64,000 nt of DNA from the NCBI GenBank assembly GCA_049965555.1, contig JBMFWF010000001.1, positions 8,895 through 72,894 of the forward strand. Direction: 5' to 3'. The stretch is from Candidatus Parvarchaeum sp. Lineage in GTDB: Archaea; Nanobdellota; Nanobdellia; Parvarchaeales; Parvarchaeaceae. Below are positions 54,698 to 64,000 of this stretch, piece by piece. How positions within the stretch are numbered: position 1 is the stretch's first letter; every line of letters starts with the position of its first letter. A model generated the notes under the pieces. It was not told the DNA's origin. It saw nothing but the letters and a program-made list of their open reading frames with translations, and did not search any database. The translations under genes were made by a program, and so were the position numbers.

Positions 54698-55489
54698 ATG
54701 AGCCAACTAAGAGATACAATAATCAAGCTTGTCGATGATTATAAAATAAAAAGCAGCAACGAAAACGGGCAGAATTTTCTTGTAGATGATGAAGTGCTAA
54801 ATGAGGAAGTAAAGCAGGGAGAATTAAAGCCTTCTGATGTTGTTTTAGACATAGGTGCTGGTTTCGGAAGCATAGAAACGCTAGTAAGCAAAAAATGCAG
54901 AATCATAGCAATAGAGAAGGAGATAAAATGCTATTCTTATTTAATTGATAAATATGAGATAGACCCAAATGTGCAGATAATAAATGCAGACGCCTTGGAA
55001 ATAATATACCCTAAGTTCAATAAAGTGATATCAAACCCCCCTTATAATATTTCAGACAGGATTCTTAACAAACTTTCTTTCTACGATTTTGAATTTGGTG
55101 TCATGATACTTCCAAACACAATAGCAAAACAGCTTTTATCAAAAGAAAGCAGCACGAAATTCTCTGCAATACAAAAGATCTTTTTTGAATTTAATGAAAT
55201 AAAGGAAGTAAAAAAAGAAGCATTTTACCCGGTTCCGAGGGTAACAAGCAGGATGGTAAAGATTACAAAAAAGCAAAACGACATTTTTCAGGAGATATTC
55301 AGAAGGAAAGAGATGCTGCTGAAAAATGCTTTTATTAACGGAAAGATAGCACTTGATTACAAGACAAAGAGAGAAAGTAAGCAGGAATTCCAGGAATTAC
55401 CGGATAAAATTAAATCGCTCGGGAACAAACAAGTAAATGAAATGACTTTGAATGAAATAAATGAATTGATAAGATACCTAAATCATTGA
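54698..55489 (+). CDS. rsmA: 16S rRNA (adenine-N6,N6)-dimethyltransferase KsgA/Dim1
   Basis: GQNFLVDDEVL, VLDIGAGFGSIE (SAM motif), VISNPPYNIS. Confidence 0.85.
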   Translation: MSQLRDTIIKLVDDYKIKSSNENGQNFLVDDEVLNEEVKQGELKPSDVVLDIGAGFGSIETLVSKKCRIIAIEKEIKCYSYLIDKYEIDPNVQIINADALEIIYPKFNKVISNPPYNISDRILNKLSFYDFEFGVMILPNTIAKQLLSKESSTKFSAIQKIFFEFNEIKEVKKEAFYPVPRVTSRMVKITKKQNDIFQEIFRRKEMLLKNAFINGKIALDYKTKRESKQEFQELPDKIKSLGNKQVNEMTLNEINELIRYLNH

Positions 55490-58400
55490 GCCTTCTGCTC
55501 CGGCATCTTTACGCTAACTACCCTGCTTATGCCTTCATCATTCATTGTAACGCCGTAGATTACATCTGCATTTATAAGAGTAGTTTCGTTGTGGGATATT
55601 ATTATGAACTGAGAGGATGCGGAATAAGCCTTTACCAAAGCTGAGAAATTTCCAGCGTTTATTGCATCCAAAGCCGCATCGACTTCATCCAAAACATAGA
55701 AAACTGCTTCCGTATACTTTGAAAGAGCCATTATTAATGAAATCGCAAGAACTGAAAGTTCTCCGCCGCTTAATCCCCTTATATTTCTAACCCTCTTGTT
55801 GGGAAGTTCCACAGATATGTCTAATCCTGATGAAAAAACATTGTTTGGATCCTCGGGTACAAGCTCTGCCTTTCCTTTTGTTATTGAATTGAAGACCTTT
55901 GTAAAAATAGAATTTATGTCAGACAGTGTCTTCATGAAAGACTCCAGTTTCTTTTGTTCTATTTCTGAAATTACAGACAGTATTCTGTTTCTTTCATCGT
56001 TCAATTTCTCAAGCTTGACATTGAACTCCTCATATTGCTGTTGAGTCTCCATAAATGTCTTGAGTGCAAGCTCGTTTATTGGGCCAAAGGAGTTTATCTT
56101 AGAATTTAAAGAGTTTATTTCCTTAGTTATCTTCTCCAGAGTTTCTCCTTCTTCTATCTTAACCCCCTCTATCCTGTATTTTTTGTATTCTTCCTCTGCT
56201 GTTTCGAATTTTACCCTGGATCCTGCCTCTTTAACTTTCAAAGCATTTATCTCCTCTGCGATTTTCTGTGAACTGCTGTATATCGCTTCCCTTTGCTTCT
56301 GAAGACTGCTAAGTTCATTCAAAAGCTCACTTCTTCTCTTTCTAAGCATGCTCAGACTATTTGACTTATTGGAAAGTTCTTTTCTAGCTTTATCATAATT
56401 TTCCTGCGTGTCCTTTATTGCATTCTCTACATCTTCTATCTCCTTTTCAAACCTTTCTCTCTCCTTGTTAAGCTGGGAAAACCTCTTTTCTAGATTGTTT
56501 ATCTCCGACATAAGAACTGCTGACAACTTATTTCCTGAAGTAGCAACTTTTACTTGCAAGTCATTGACTTCCCTCTCAAGTGCCTCTATTTCTTTTCTGT
56601 GGTCTACTATCTCTGGTTTGTTCTTATCCAACTCCTCTAGCTTTGATTTCAAGTCCAAATTTTCATTCTCAAGCAAACGTATGCTTTCTGAGATATCAGA
56701 TTCTGTGCCAGTGAATTTTGACTTTTCCTGGAGTATCTTAGATATCTTACCTTTTGTTTCATCCAATGTTTTCTGCCTTATTTTTATCTCAGTCATTAGA
56801 GAATTCAAAGTGGATTCTTTCTCTATTAATTCCTCGTCATACTTTTCCTTAAGTTTTGAATGCTCATTTATTTGGGTGTTTATTTCAGCGATCTTCTTAT
56901 TGACGTTTAATATATTCGGCATGTCAAAATGCCCGCCTGATACTGTTCCAGTTTTTTCGAATACGGTGCCGTCCGGCAAGACCATTCTGTACTGGTGCAT
57001 AAGCTGCTTTGCTGAATCAAAGTCTTTTACTAACACTGTGTCGCCGAAGACAAATTTCATTGCTGGCTCCAAATTTTGATTGAAATTGACAAGGTTTATT
57101 ATGTAATCTATTATCCTTGAATCATTAAGCTTGCCGAAGCTGTATCCGCTTTTAACAGTGGTTAAAGGTATGAAAGTGTAGAAACCCAGTTTTTCAGTTT
57201 TAAGCTTCTCTATGCACTGCCTTGCAGTTTCCTCATCCTCAACTACTATGAAGTCGCTTCTTCTCCCTATTGACCTTAGAACAGGGGTGGAGTACTCTTC
57301 ATTTTTCAGTGAAAAAAGCTCTGACACTAATCCATAGATTCCCTTTATTTCCTTCTTCAGCCTGTTGACTACTTCAACGGCTCTGTTCTGCGAAGACAAA
57401 GAATTTCTCTGGTTAAGCAGATTCTCCCTCAATAGGTATATTGAATCGGCCTCTCTTTTAGATTGGGCCTTCAACTTGTCGATTTCCGGTTTTAATGACG
57501 AGAAAGACAGCGTCATCTCCTTTATGGCCTTTTCAAGGTCATTTTTAGTTGAATCCAAGCTAGAAAGCTCTTCCTGAAGCTCTGCAATTTTAGGATAGTT
57601 TGCCAGAGCGACTTTCTGTTCATATATCTTTTTGTCTATGTCATATATCTTTTTTTCAAGCGATTCTTTTGTTTTAAGATAACTCTGCGTCTTAGATTCG
57701 CTTTCTATAAGGGAAAGCTTTCTTGAATTCAAAGCAGCGATTCTTTCCTCAAGTTTTTTCTTTTCTTCCTCCTCCTCTTTTATCTGCTTTTTTAGTTCTT
57801 CCTGCGACTTTGAAAGCTCTTCTATTGACAAAACAATGTTGTTTAACTGTTCATTGTCATTCTTAAGCACTGCGGCCAGCCTTGCAAGCTCAGAATCAAA
57901 TTCCTTTGTCTTTTTTTCTGCCTCCAGTATCTCCTTTTCCCCTTCTGCTTCAGCCTTAGTGTTTATAGCTTCAACTTCCTCGTTTATCTTTTTTACTTTA
58001 TCATTCAATTCCGAAATCTTGGCAGAAAGTTCTTCATTCCCTTTCTCTGCTTCCTTAAGTTTTCCAAGTATTTCCTGTAATTCTGAATCTGCCGCGTCTC
58101 TTTTGATCATTGACTGCTTTGAAAGAAGAGTGGCATATCTGCTTTTAAGCTCCTGAAACTCCACTGCTCTGCTCTTTTCTTTTTCCAGTTGAGCCATCAA
58201 TTTTCGCTTTTCATTCAATACTGTTTCTATTTTTGATATGTTATCTTCTACTTTCTTCATCTCGTTCATTGCCTTGCTTTTTTTGTCTTCAAATACACTT
58301 ATGCCTGATATGTCGTTTATCAGGCTTAGCCTGTCTTCATTTGAAGTACCGACGACCTCCAGTATCCTCCCCTGTGGGATTATATTAAATCCATCTTGTC

Positions 58401-58806
58401 TGAATTTTACAAGCGCAAGAACGTTTAGTACTTCTTCTCTTGTAGATGCCTTTCCATTTATCCTGTAAATGCTCTTCCCATTCTTGTCTACCTTTCTGCT
58501 AATTGACACCTCGCTCTCTTCTATTCCGCGGAACTCCTTCTTTGAATTATCCAGTATTACATTTACTTTTGCATGCTCTGCTTGCCTTCCATTTTTTCCT
58601 CCATTAAATATAAGATCTGTAAGAAGATCAGAACGCATTTCTTTCTTTGATGACCCGCCAAAAACGAAAAGAAGTGCATCGATTATATTGCTTTTTCCGG
58701 AGCCGTTAGCGCCTGCTATGGCATTAAAACCATTTACAAAATCGAACTTGACATGTCCAGCAAACGATTTAAAATTATCGAGTTCTACTTCTTTTATATA
58801 AGTCAT
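55483..58806 (-). CDS. smc: Chromosome segregation ATPase SMC
   Basis: FKSF...IAGANGSGKSNIIDAL Walker A, long coiled coils around a hinge, C-terminal LSGGE signature and VLDEVDAALD Walker B. 1107 aa. Confidence 0.9.
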   Translation of the reverse strand: MTYIKEVELDNFKSFAGHVKFDFVNGFNAIAGANGSGKSNIIDALLFVFGGSSKKEMRSDLLTDLIFNGGKNGRQAEHAKVNVILDNSKKEFRGIEESEVSISRKVDKNGKSIYRINGKASTREEVLNVLALVKFRQDGFNIIPQGRILEVVGTSNEDRLSLINDISGISVFEDKKSKAMNEMKKVEDNISKIETVLNEKRKLMAQLEKEKSRAVEFQELKSRYATLLSKQSMIKRDAADSELQEILGKLKEAEKGNEELSAKISELNDKVKKINEEVEAINTKAEAEGEKEILEAEKKTKEFDSELARLAAVLKNDNEQLNNIVLSIEELSKSQEELKKQIKEEEEEKKKLEERIAALNSRKLSLIESESKTQSYLKTKESLEKKIYDIDKKIYEQKVALANYPKIAELQEELSSLDSTKNDLEKAIKEMTLSFSSLKPEIDKLKAQSKREADSIYLLRENLLNQRNSLSSQNRAVEVVNRLKKEIKGIYGLVSELFSLKNEEYSTPVLRSIGRRSDFIVVEDEETARQCIEKLKTEKLGFYTFIPLTTVKSGYSFGKLNDSRIIDYIINLVNFNQNLEPAMKFVFGDTVLVKDFDSAKQLMHQYRMVLPDGTVFEKTGTVSGGHFDMPNILNVNKKIAEINTQINEHSKLKEKYDEELIEKESTLNSLMTEIKIRQKTLDETKGKISKILQEKSKFTGTESDISESIRLLENENLDLKSKLEELDKNKPEIVDHRKEIEALEREVNDLQVKVATSGNKLSAVLMSEINNLEKRFSQLNKERERFEKEIEDVENAIKDTQENYDKARKELSNKSNSLSMLRKRRSELLNELSSLQKQREAIYSSSQKIAEEINALKVKEAGSRVKFETAEEEYKKYRIEGVKIEEGETLEKITKEINSLNSKINSFGPINELALKTFMETQQQYEEFNVKLEKLNDERNRILSVISEIEQKKLESFMKTLSDINSIFTKVFNSITKGKAELVPEDPNNVFSSGLDISVELPNKRVRNIRGLSGGELSVLAISLIMALSKYTEAVFYVLDEVDAALDAINAGNFSALVKAYSASSQFIIISHNETTLINADVIYGVTMNDEGISRVVSVKMPEQKAQ

Positions 58807-58864
58807 ATTTAACTATCTAAAAAAAGTTTTAATATTAAATGCTAACTATTTTTAAGCGGCAGGA

Positions 58865-59668
58865 TCAACCTACTACATGTGAGGATACCAATTTTTTGAT
58901 CTTTTCTGGCAAGTATTTGCCCTTTATATGAAGCACTACCTCATTGCTTGGATGCGTCTCGCTCTCGTTTTCAGTGAATATGAATATTTCATTCCCGTCT
59001 ACTATAACGAACCTACCTATATCTAAATCCGTCTTGTTCAGTTTCCCAAACTGCTTTATCTCGTTTAACAGTGTTTCATTAACGTCCTTCACAGGTGCAT
59101 AAACATGTACAGTTACATTATTGGCTTTTGCCTTCTTAAGCGCTCTGCCTAAAGCATTTATCTTCTTTTCTAGAGACTGTTCAGTTGTTATCAATACTAT
59201 TTCTCCCTTGGCCGAGCCTATGCTTTTCTTTATCCTAAAGTAGATATTATCCAATCCTTGATAGGAATTTGCAACCTTCCCTTCATCTACATACTTTATC
59301 CCCTTATTATAAAGATTTTGAAGATCATTTAACATTGTACTGTCTTTCAATTTGTTTAGCTTATCTAGCTTTTGATTCAGCGATTCCTTTGCCTTCTCTT
59401 CCAGCTTTTCTATTAGCTCATTCGGAGGAATAGCCCTGTAGCTTATGGGTTTACTTAAGTCCCTTACTATAAACCCGCCATTTTCCAGCGAAACGAGGAT
59501 ATCGTAAGCTCTAGATTTTGGAATGTTAGCTATCTCGCTTAGTTTACCGGATGTGGACTTGCCCTGCGAAAGCAAGGCTAGCCATACTTTTGCCTCGTAT
59601 AGATTTAATCCGAACATTCTTCTTATTTTAGCTATATAATCTTCACTGAAAGACAACGCCATAATCAA
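58865..59668 (-). CDS. TrmB-family transcription regulator
   Basis: LNLYEAKVWLALLSQGKSTSGKLSEIANIPKSRAYDILVSLENGGFI is a TrmB-type wHTH, followed by a C-terminal effector-like domain. Confidence 0.7.
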   Translation of the reverse strand: MIMALSFSEDYIAKIRRMFGLNLYEAKVWLALLSQGKSTSGKLSEIANIPKSRAYDILVSLENGGFIVRDLSKPISYRAIPPNELIEKLEEKAKESLNQKLDKLNKLKDSTMLNDLQNLYNKGIKYVDEGKVANSYQGLDNIYFRIKKSIGSAKGEIVLITTEQSLEKKINALGRALKKAKANNVTVHVYAPVKDVNETLLNEIKQFGKLNKTDLDIGRFVIVDGNEIFIFTENESETHPSNEVVLHIKGKYLPEKIKKLVSSHVVG

Positions 59669-59760
59669 TCACCTACACAATACTTAGCAATAAACAAGTA
59701 TATAAATCTTTCTTTTTCACCAAAAATAAAAGTAAAAAATAAAAAAATTTAAAATAATCC

Positions 59761-60021
59761 TTATACTTTTACCCTAAATACCCACATCGAAAAGGAGAAT
59801 ACAATTATTCCAAGTATTACTTCGAATAACGGGTATATATAAGCCGATGGAGGCGTTGTAACGGTCTTATAGAAATATCCGCTAAGAACCGCTGACGAAA
59901 GGATAGACGTCAAACCAAGTACTATCAGGACCAATCCAAATCCGAATAGAATCAGTCCTATGGCTGCATCCACCGCTCTTTTCTCCTCGTCGACAAACTT
60001 TAAATTGTCTTTTGCTTTCAT
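59761..60021 (-). CDS. Small two-TM membrane protein
   Basis: 86 aa with two hydrophobic helices. A T-rich tract follows the stop on the coding strand. Confidence 0.4.
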   Translation of the reverse strand: MKAKDNLKFVDEEKRAVDAAIGLILFGFGLVLIVLGLTSILSSAVLSGYFYKTVTTPPSAYIYPLFEVILGIIVFSFSMWVFRVKV

Positions 60022-60114
60022 AATAGGTTAAAGTTTTTGTCATTTAAAAGCTTTTTTTAATAAAGAAGGAGGAATATTACTTAACAATAAATACTTTAAG
60101 AGCATAATAAAAGT

Positions 60115-60657
60115 ATGGATGAGGAAAAATGCATATTCTGCATGATTACAAGCAAAAAGGTGCCTGCCAAAGTAGTTTATGAGGACCCTATGATAATGGG
60201 GGTTTTAGACATTAACCCTGCTTCAAAGGGCCATGTGATAATGATACCAAAAAAGCACTATAACAATATATATGAGATACCTCAGGAAGAGTTTTTACAG
60301 TATATGAGTGTCGCGAGGGCCGTTGGATACGCAATACTGCTGTCGCTTGCCCCAAACAACGTAGAAATGCTTTACACGAAAGAGCTGACAAAAGGAAGCG
60401 TCACCCCTCATGCCCTTATACACTTGATACCTCGATATAACGAGGATACCATAAATCATGTATGGCAGCCCCAGAAAATGGACGAAAGCGATTTTACTGC
60501 CGTAGAGAATGCTATAAAATCGGCAATAGAAAAGGTAAAGTCTGCAGAAGCTCCAAAACCTGCTAAGCCTGCCGTGGAAGAGCAGAAAAAACCGGAAAAT
60601 GCAGTTAAGGAGAACAAACCGCAGATAAACATACAAAGAAAAGTAGTGGTATTTTAA
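60115..60657 (+). CDS. HIT-family protein with a degenerate histidine triad and a K/P/E-rich tail
   Basis: CIFCMI..VVYEDPMIMGVLDINPASKGHVIMIPKKHY is typical HIT. The triad region reads PHALIHLIPR (H-x-L-x-H instead of H-x-H-x-H). Confidence 0.65.
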   Translation: MDEEKCIFCMITSKKVPAKVVYEDPMIMGVLDINPASKGHVIMIPKKHYNNIYEIPQEEFLQYMSVARAVGYAILLSLAPNNVEMLYTKELTKGSVTPHALIHLIPRYNEDTINHVWQPQKMDESDFTAVENAIKSAIEKVKSAEAPKPAKPAVEEQKKPENAVKENKPQINIQRKVVVF

Positions 60658-61187
60658 TTTCCTTTGTACTCGACTGTTTTATTGTCTTCCTTCTTTATTT
60701 CTTCCTGTATTGTTTCCTTTATTTCCTTAAATTCCTTTTTGTCCACATCAAAATAATCATAAAAAGAAGGAGTGATTTTTATTACTTTTTTGCCATCTTC
60801 GATAGCGGTTGAAACCAGGCCTCTGGACTGCAGCTCCTTGACATGCTGATATGATATGCTGCCCCTCCTTTTAACCAAATCTGCCTGTTTTATTTTTCCA
60901 TTTAAAACTATCAAACTTAATGTCATCAAAACCCCTCTGCTCATGTCAGTTCTCAAATTATCCTGCACAAGATAAAGAAGATCGCTTCTAAGCCTCATTC
61001 GATATAAGTTGCCTTCAGTCAATATGTAAAAAGCGCTCTTTCTTTCAGAATACTGCTTATTAAGGTCATTTACCGCCTTTTTTACCATTATTGGATCTGA
61101 CTTAGTACGTTTTACTATCTCCTCTAAGCTTATGCCATCGCCAAAAGAGAATATAAGCGCTTCAACATATTCATTTATCTTTGCCAT
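60654..61187 (-). CDS. scpB: Segregation and condensation protein B (ScpB)
   Basis: VEALIFSFGDGISLEEI N-terminus and tandem winged-helix layout. Adjacent to scpA. Confidence 0.7.
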   Translation of the reverse strand: MAKINEYVEALIFSFGDGISLEEIVKRTKSDPIMVKKAVNDLNKQYSERKSAFYILTEGNLYRMRLRSDLLYLVQDNLRTDMSRGVLMTLSLIVLNGKIKQADLVKRRGSISYQHVKELQSRGLVSTAIEDGKKVIKITPSFYDYFDVDKKEFKEIKETIQEEIKKEDNKTVEYKGN

Positions 61188-61235
61188 ACTGCCAATATAG
61201 TTATAATCACATTCATTGATTTTAAAAGTTCACAG

Positions 61236-61898
61236 TCACTTTACCCTGCTCTTTATGTATATCTCCTGAAAGGGCTCATTTTGTGAGATCTCAACTTTGT
61301 TCATGTTTGATATAAACAAAAGTGGAAGCAAAGTATAGATTATTTCTTTTCTGTCGTTCTTTTTTGAAATCAGTTCGGAGAAAAGGACTGTTTCTTTTAT
61401 TCCGAATAGCTTTCCCAGTTTTTCAACAAGCGACCTTATCCTGTCCTCTATTTTTACTTCCTTCAACTTTAGTTCAAAGTTTATCCTCTGCTTTGTATTG
61501 TAACGCATTGCTTCTCTTATTGTGTTTATCAGCTCCGTAAGTGTTATCTTCCTGCTTCTGAAAATCGGCAGCTTCGACGTCACTGCTATGTCGAAAGGCA
61601 CGGCTTTTATATACCTTTGCTGGCTTTCCCTTTCTTTTTTCACGTTGAGCTCAAGCATCTCTTCTACAACTGTATCAGATTTCATTTTCAGTAGGATGGC
61701 AGCAGTATAGACAAATTTGCCGCCGAACCTAAAGTCTATCTGATTTATCTTGGAGATAAGTGCAGCGAACCTATCGGCTATTTTAATAAGGTCTATATCC
61801 ATGGGATCCATCCCTTCTTCCCTTATTATTGTAGTTATAAGATGCTCCCACCCTAGCTCGTCATTCAGTATAAGCTTGTATATTTCTTCGTGATCCAT
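61236..61898 (-). CDS. scpA: Segregation and condensation protein A (ScpA kleisin)
   Basis: LGWEHLITTIIREEGMDPMDIDLIKIADRFAALI.. is a typical ScpA N-terminus. 220 aa. Confidence 0.7.
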   Translation of the reverse strand: MDHEEIYKLILNDELGWEHLITTIIREEGMDPMDIDLIKIADRFAALISKINQIDFRFGGKFVYTAAILLKMKSDTVVEEMLELNVKKERESQQRYIKAVPFDIAVTSKLPIFRSRKITLTELINTIREAMRYNTKQRINFELKLKEVKIEDRIRSLVEKLGKLFGIKETVLFSELISKKNDRKEIIYTLLPLLFISNMNKVEISQNEPFQEIYIKSRVK

Positions 61899-61899
61899 C

Positions 61900-64000
61900 T
61901 CAACCGAAGTAATTAAGCTCCTTCGCCTTTTCCTTTTTACTATAAAGTTTCTTAGCCATCTCTTCGTACTTCTTTGCCTCCTCGGGAGTCAAGCTGGGCC
62001 TTACTAAATCTAGAGCTTTTTCAAAGTCCTCTCTGGTTACTTTGCTTGCGGAAATGCTGTTCCTCAAGGCATTCATGCCTGCTTCTTTTGCAAGCCTTTC
62101 TATGTCTGATCCAACGTAACCCTCTGTTTTTTTGGTAAGAAATTCGATTAGTTCATCTTTATCCCCTTCTATAGGCATTTTGTTCAGGTATACTTTAAGT
62201 ATCTCCTTTCTGCCATTCTCATCAGGAGGCGGCACAAAGACTATGTTGTCAAACCTTCCTGTCCTAAGTATTGCTGGATCAACCTTATCAACCCTGTTTG
62301 TAGCACCTATTACAATCACGTTCTTAAGCGGTTCTATACCATCTAATTCCGTAAGCAATTGATTCACCACCTGTTCTGTTGCATTGTTTCCTTCGTAGTT
62401 AGACCTGGATGAGGCTATACTGTCCAGCTCATCTATGAATATTATAGATGGAGAAACCTGCCTTGCCTTGTCGAATATCTCCCTTATCCTTTTTTCGCTT
62501 TCGCCAACGTACTTGTTGTATATCTCCGGTCCCTTGATTGCAATGAAATTTGATTCTGTTTCATGGGCCACAGCCCTTGCAAGCAAGGTCTTACCTGTTC
62601 CAGGCGGACCGTAAAGAAGTATGCCTTTTGGAGGAGTTATTCCTATCTTTCTAAATGAATCAGGATGCTTCAAAGGCCATTCTATTGCCTCTTTAAGCTG
62701 AGCTTTAACCTGATCCAAACCGCCGACATCTTCCCATCCAACGCTAGGTCTTTCAACTAAAACCTCACGCATTGCACTGGGCCTTACGAACCTTAATGCT
62801 TCCCTGAAATCATCCATGGTAACTATCAATTTTTCAAGAACTGTTTTTGGAATGTTTTCTCCCTCTTTAACATTTAATTCGTTTATGTTTCTTCTAATAA
62901 CATTCATAGCAGCTTCCTTTATCAGTGATTCTATATCTGCACCGACAAAACCGTGTGTTATCTTTGATATATATGTAAGGTCAACACTCTTGTCTAACGG
63001 CATGTTTCTTGTGTGTATGTTCAGTATCTCCAACCTTCCCTTTTCATTCGGCACACCAAACATTATTTCTCTGTCAAACCTTCCAGGTCTACGCAATGCA
63101 GGATCTATTGCATTTGGCCGATTCGTAGCGGCTATAACTATTACTTTGCCTCTGCTCTTCAAACCGTCCATTAAAGTAAGCAGCTGTGAAACAACTCTAT
63201 GTTCTACTTCCCCTATGCTTTCTTCTCTCTTTGTAGCTATTGCGTCTATCTCATCTATGAATATTATTGAAGGCGCATTCTTCTCGGCCTCATCGAATAT
63301 TTCTCTTAGCTTCTTTTCAGCGTCACCAACCCACTTGCTCATTACCTCTGGCCCATTTATAGTTATAAAGTGGGCATCGCTTTCATCAGCTACAGCCCTT
63401 GCAAGCAAGGTCTTACCTGTTCCAGGCGGACCGTAAAGCAAAACACCTCTTGGCGGAGTTATCCCCAATCGCATGAATATCTCAGGGTGTTTCAATGGCA
63501 TCTCTACCATTTCCCTTATTTTTGAAACTTCATCTGATAAGCCGCCTACGTCTTCGTAACTAACATGCTTCACCCTTGATTCTTCGGAAAGCTTCACTGG
63601 CTCCGGAGATATGTTTATATCAGTGTTTTCTGTTATTACTACAAATCCTTTCGGCGAAGTCGAAGTAACAAGAAAACGTAGCTCTGAAAAGCCAAACTGA
63701 AAGGACGGAAAAGCGGTATTTTCAAAGATACTCATTATGTCATCACCAAAAAATGAAGCAAATGAACTTCTTCCGCCACTACCCAATGTTATTATATCTC
63801 CTTTAGATATTGCTCTGTCAAGAAGCAGCCTTCCTATCACATTTTCGGCTCCTCTTATTGATATTGTAGACAATGGAGAAAGGTTGACTATATCAGCCTC
63901 ATAAACCTCTGCCTTTCTAACTATCACATTTTCCCCTATTGCCGCTTTTGCATTCTTTCTTGTCGTACCATCCATTCTTATTATGTTCAAACCTAAATCG
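61900..64000 (-). CDS. cdc48: CDC48/VCP-like AAA+ ATPase (VAT homolog), N-terminus beyond the window edge
   Basis: Two AAA modules, each with [15 protein letters not shown] Walker A and IIFIDE(I/L)D Walker B. The N-domain segment [25 protein letters not shown] aligns about 60 residues into VAT. The frame stays open to position 64000. Confidence 0.9.
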   Translation of the reverse strand, partial: DLGLNIIRMDGTTRKNAKAAIGENVIVRKAEVYEADIVNLSPLSTISIRGAENVIGRLLLDRAISKGDIITLGSGGRSSFASFFGDDIMSIFENTAFPSFQFGFSELRFLVTSTSPKGFVVITENTDINISPEPVKLSEESRVKHVSYEDVGGLSDEVSKIREMVEMPLKHPEIFMRLGITPPRGVLLYGPPGTGKTLLARAVADESDAHFITINGPEVMSKWVGDAEKKLREIFDEAEKNAPSIIFIDEIDAIATKREESIGEVEHRVVSQLLTLMDGLKSRGKVIVIAATNRPNAIDPALRRPGRFDREIMFGVPNEKGRLEILNIHTRNMPLDKSVDLTYISKITHGFVGADIESLIKEAAMNVIRRNINELNVKEGENIPKTVLEKLIVTMDDFREALRFVRPSAMREVLVERPSVGWEDVGGLDQVKAQLKEAIEWPLKHPDSFRKIGITPPKGILLYGPPGTGKTLLARAVAHETESNFIAIKGPEIYNKYVGESEKRIREIFDKARQVSPSIIFIDELDSIASSRSNYEGNNATEQVVNQLLTELDGIEPLKNVIVIGATNRVDKVDPAILRTGRFDNIVFVPPPDENGRKEILKVYLNKMPIEGDKDELIEFLTKKTEGYVGSDIERLAKEAGMNALRNSISASKVTREDFEKALDLVRPSLTPEEAKKYEEMAKKLYSKKEKAKELNYFG

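Noticed and set aside
55796-58801. A series of plus-strand ORFs (82-223 aa) inside the SMC gene
   Set aside because: They lie antisense to a clearly recognisable SMC gene. They are S/F/L-rich low-complexity sequence, as expected from the mirror of K/E-rich coiled-coil codons. No motifs.
62132-63436. Plus-strand ORFs of 76 and 206 aa antisense to CDC48
   Set aside because: The opposite strand encodes a conserved double AAA+ protein. The composition is a low-complexity mirror artefact.

Overview
This is an AT-rich, gene-dense archaeal chromosomal segment with about 80 genes, many overlapping by 1-20 nt. The archaeal assignment rests on TFB, aIF5B, ribosomal proteins L15e and L35Ae, a GINS-like protein, a Hef-type helicase, Trm1, CDC48/VCP, SMC with ScpA/ScpB, and many class III (prepilin-type) signal peptides. 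Short proteins, truncated housekeeping genes and fragmented operons suggest a reduced-genome lineage, perhaps DPANN/Micrarchaeota-like or near Thermoplasmatales. That placement is inference only. Housekeeping content: glycogen synthase plus GH57, secF-secD, nuoJKLMN, the L2-S19-L22-S3-L29 block, KsgA, RNase Z, TatD, Ndk, a sugar-nucleotide/glycosyltransferase cluster, and three tRNAs (Glu-UUC, Thr-CGU, Thr-UGU). I saw no rRNA, CRISPR array, transposase or integrase. The main accessory signal is surface-filament genes: at least 11 ORFs carry a short polar leader ending in K/R-G followed by a hydrophobic helix. Two loci are the best candidates for an undescribed system. (1) At 23006-25372, an orphan 575-aa soluble protein is translationally coupled to four ~50-aa single-helix ORFs that the >=60-aa ORF track misses. 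Three of them start MN(N/D)KG. (2) At 17327-20874, a five-gene coupled operon encodes cysteine-rich, N-terminally anchored extracellular proteins, includes another hidden 53-aa mini-pilin, and ends in a pilin-like gene. Other oddities are pilin helices fused to a YVTN beta-propeller and to a PA14-like domain, an RHH-nucleotidyltransferase fusion, a tRNA-Thr with a non-canonical T-loop, and HIT, GalT-like and TtuA-like proteins with degenerate active-site motifs. All functional calls come from motif recognition by eye; no database search was run.
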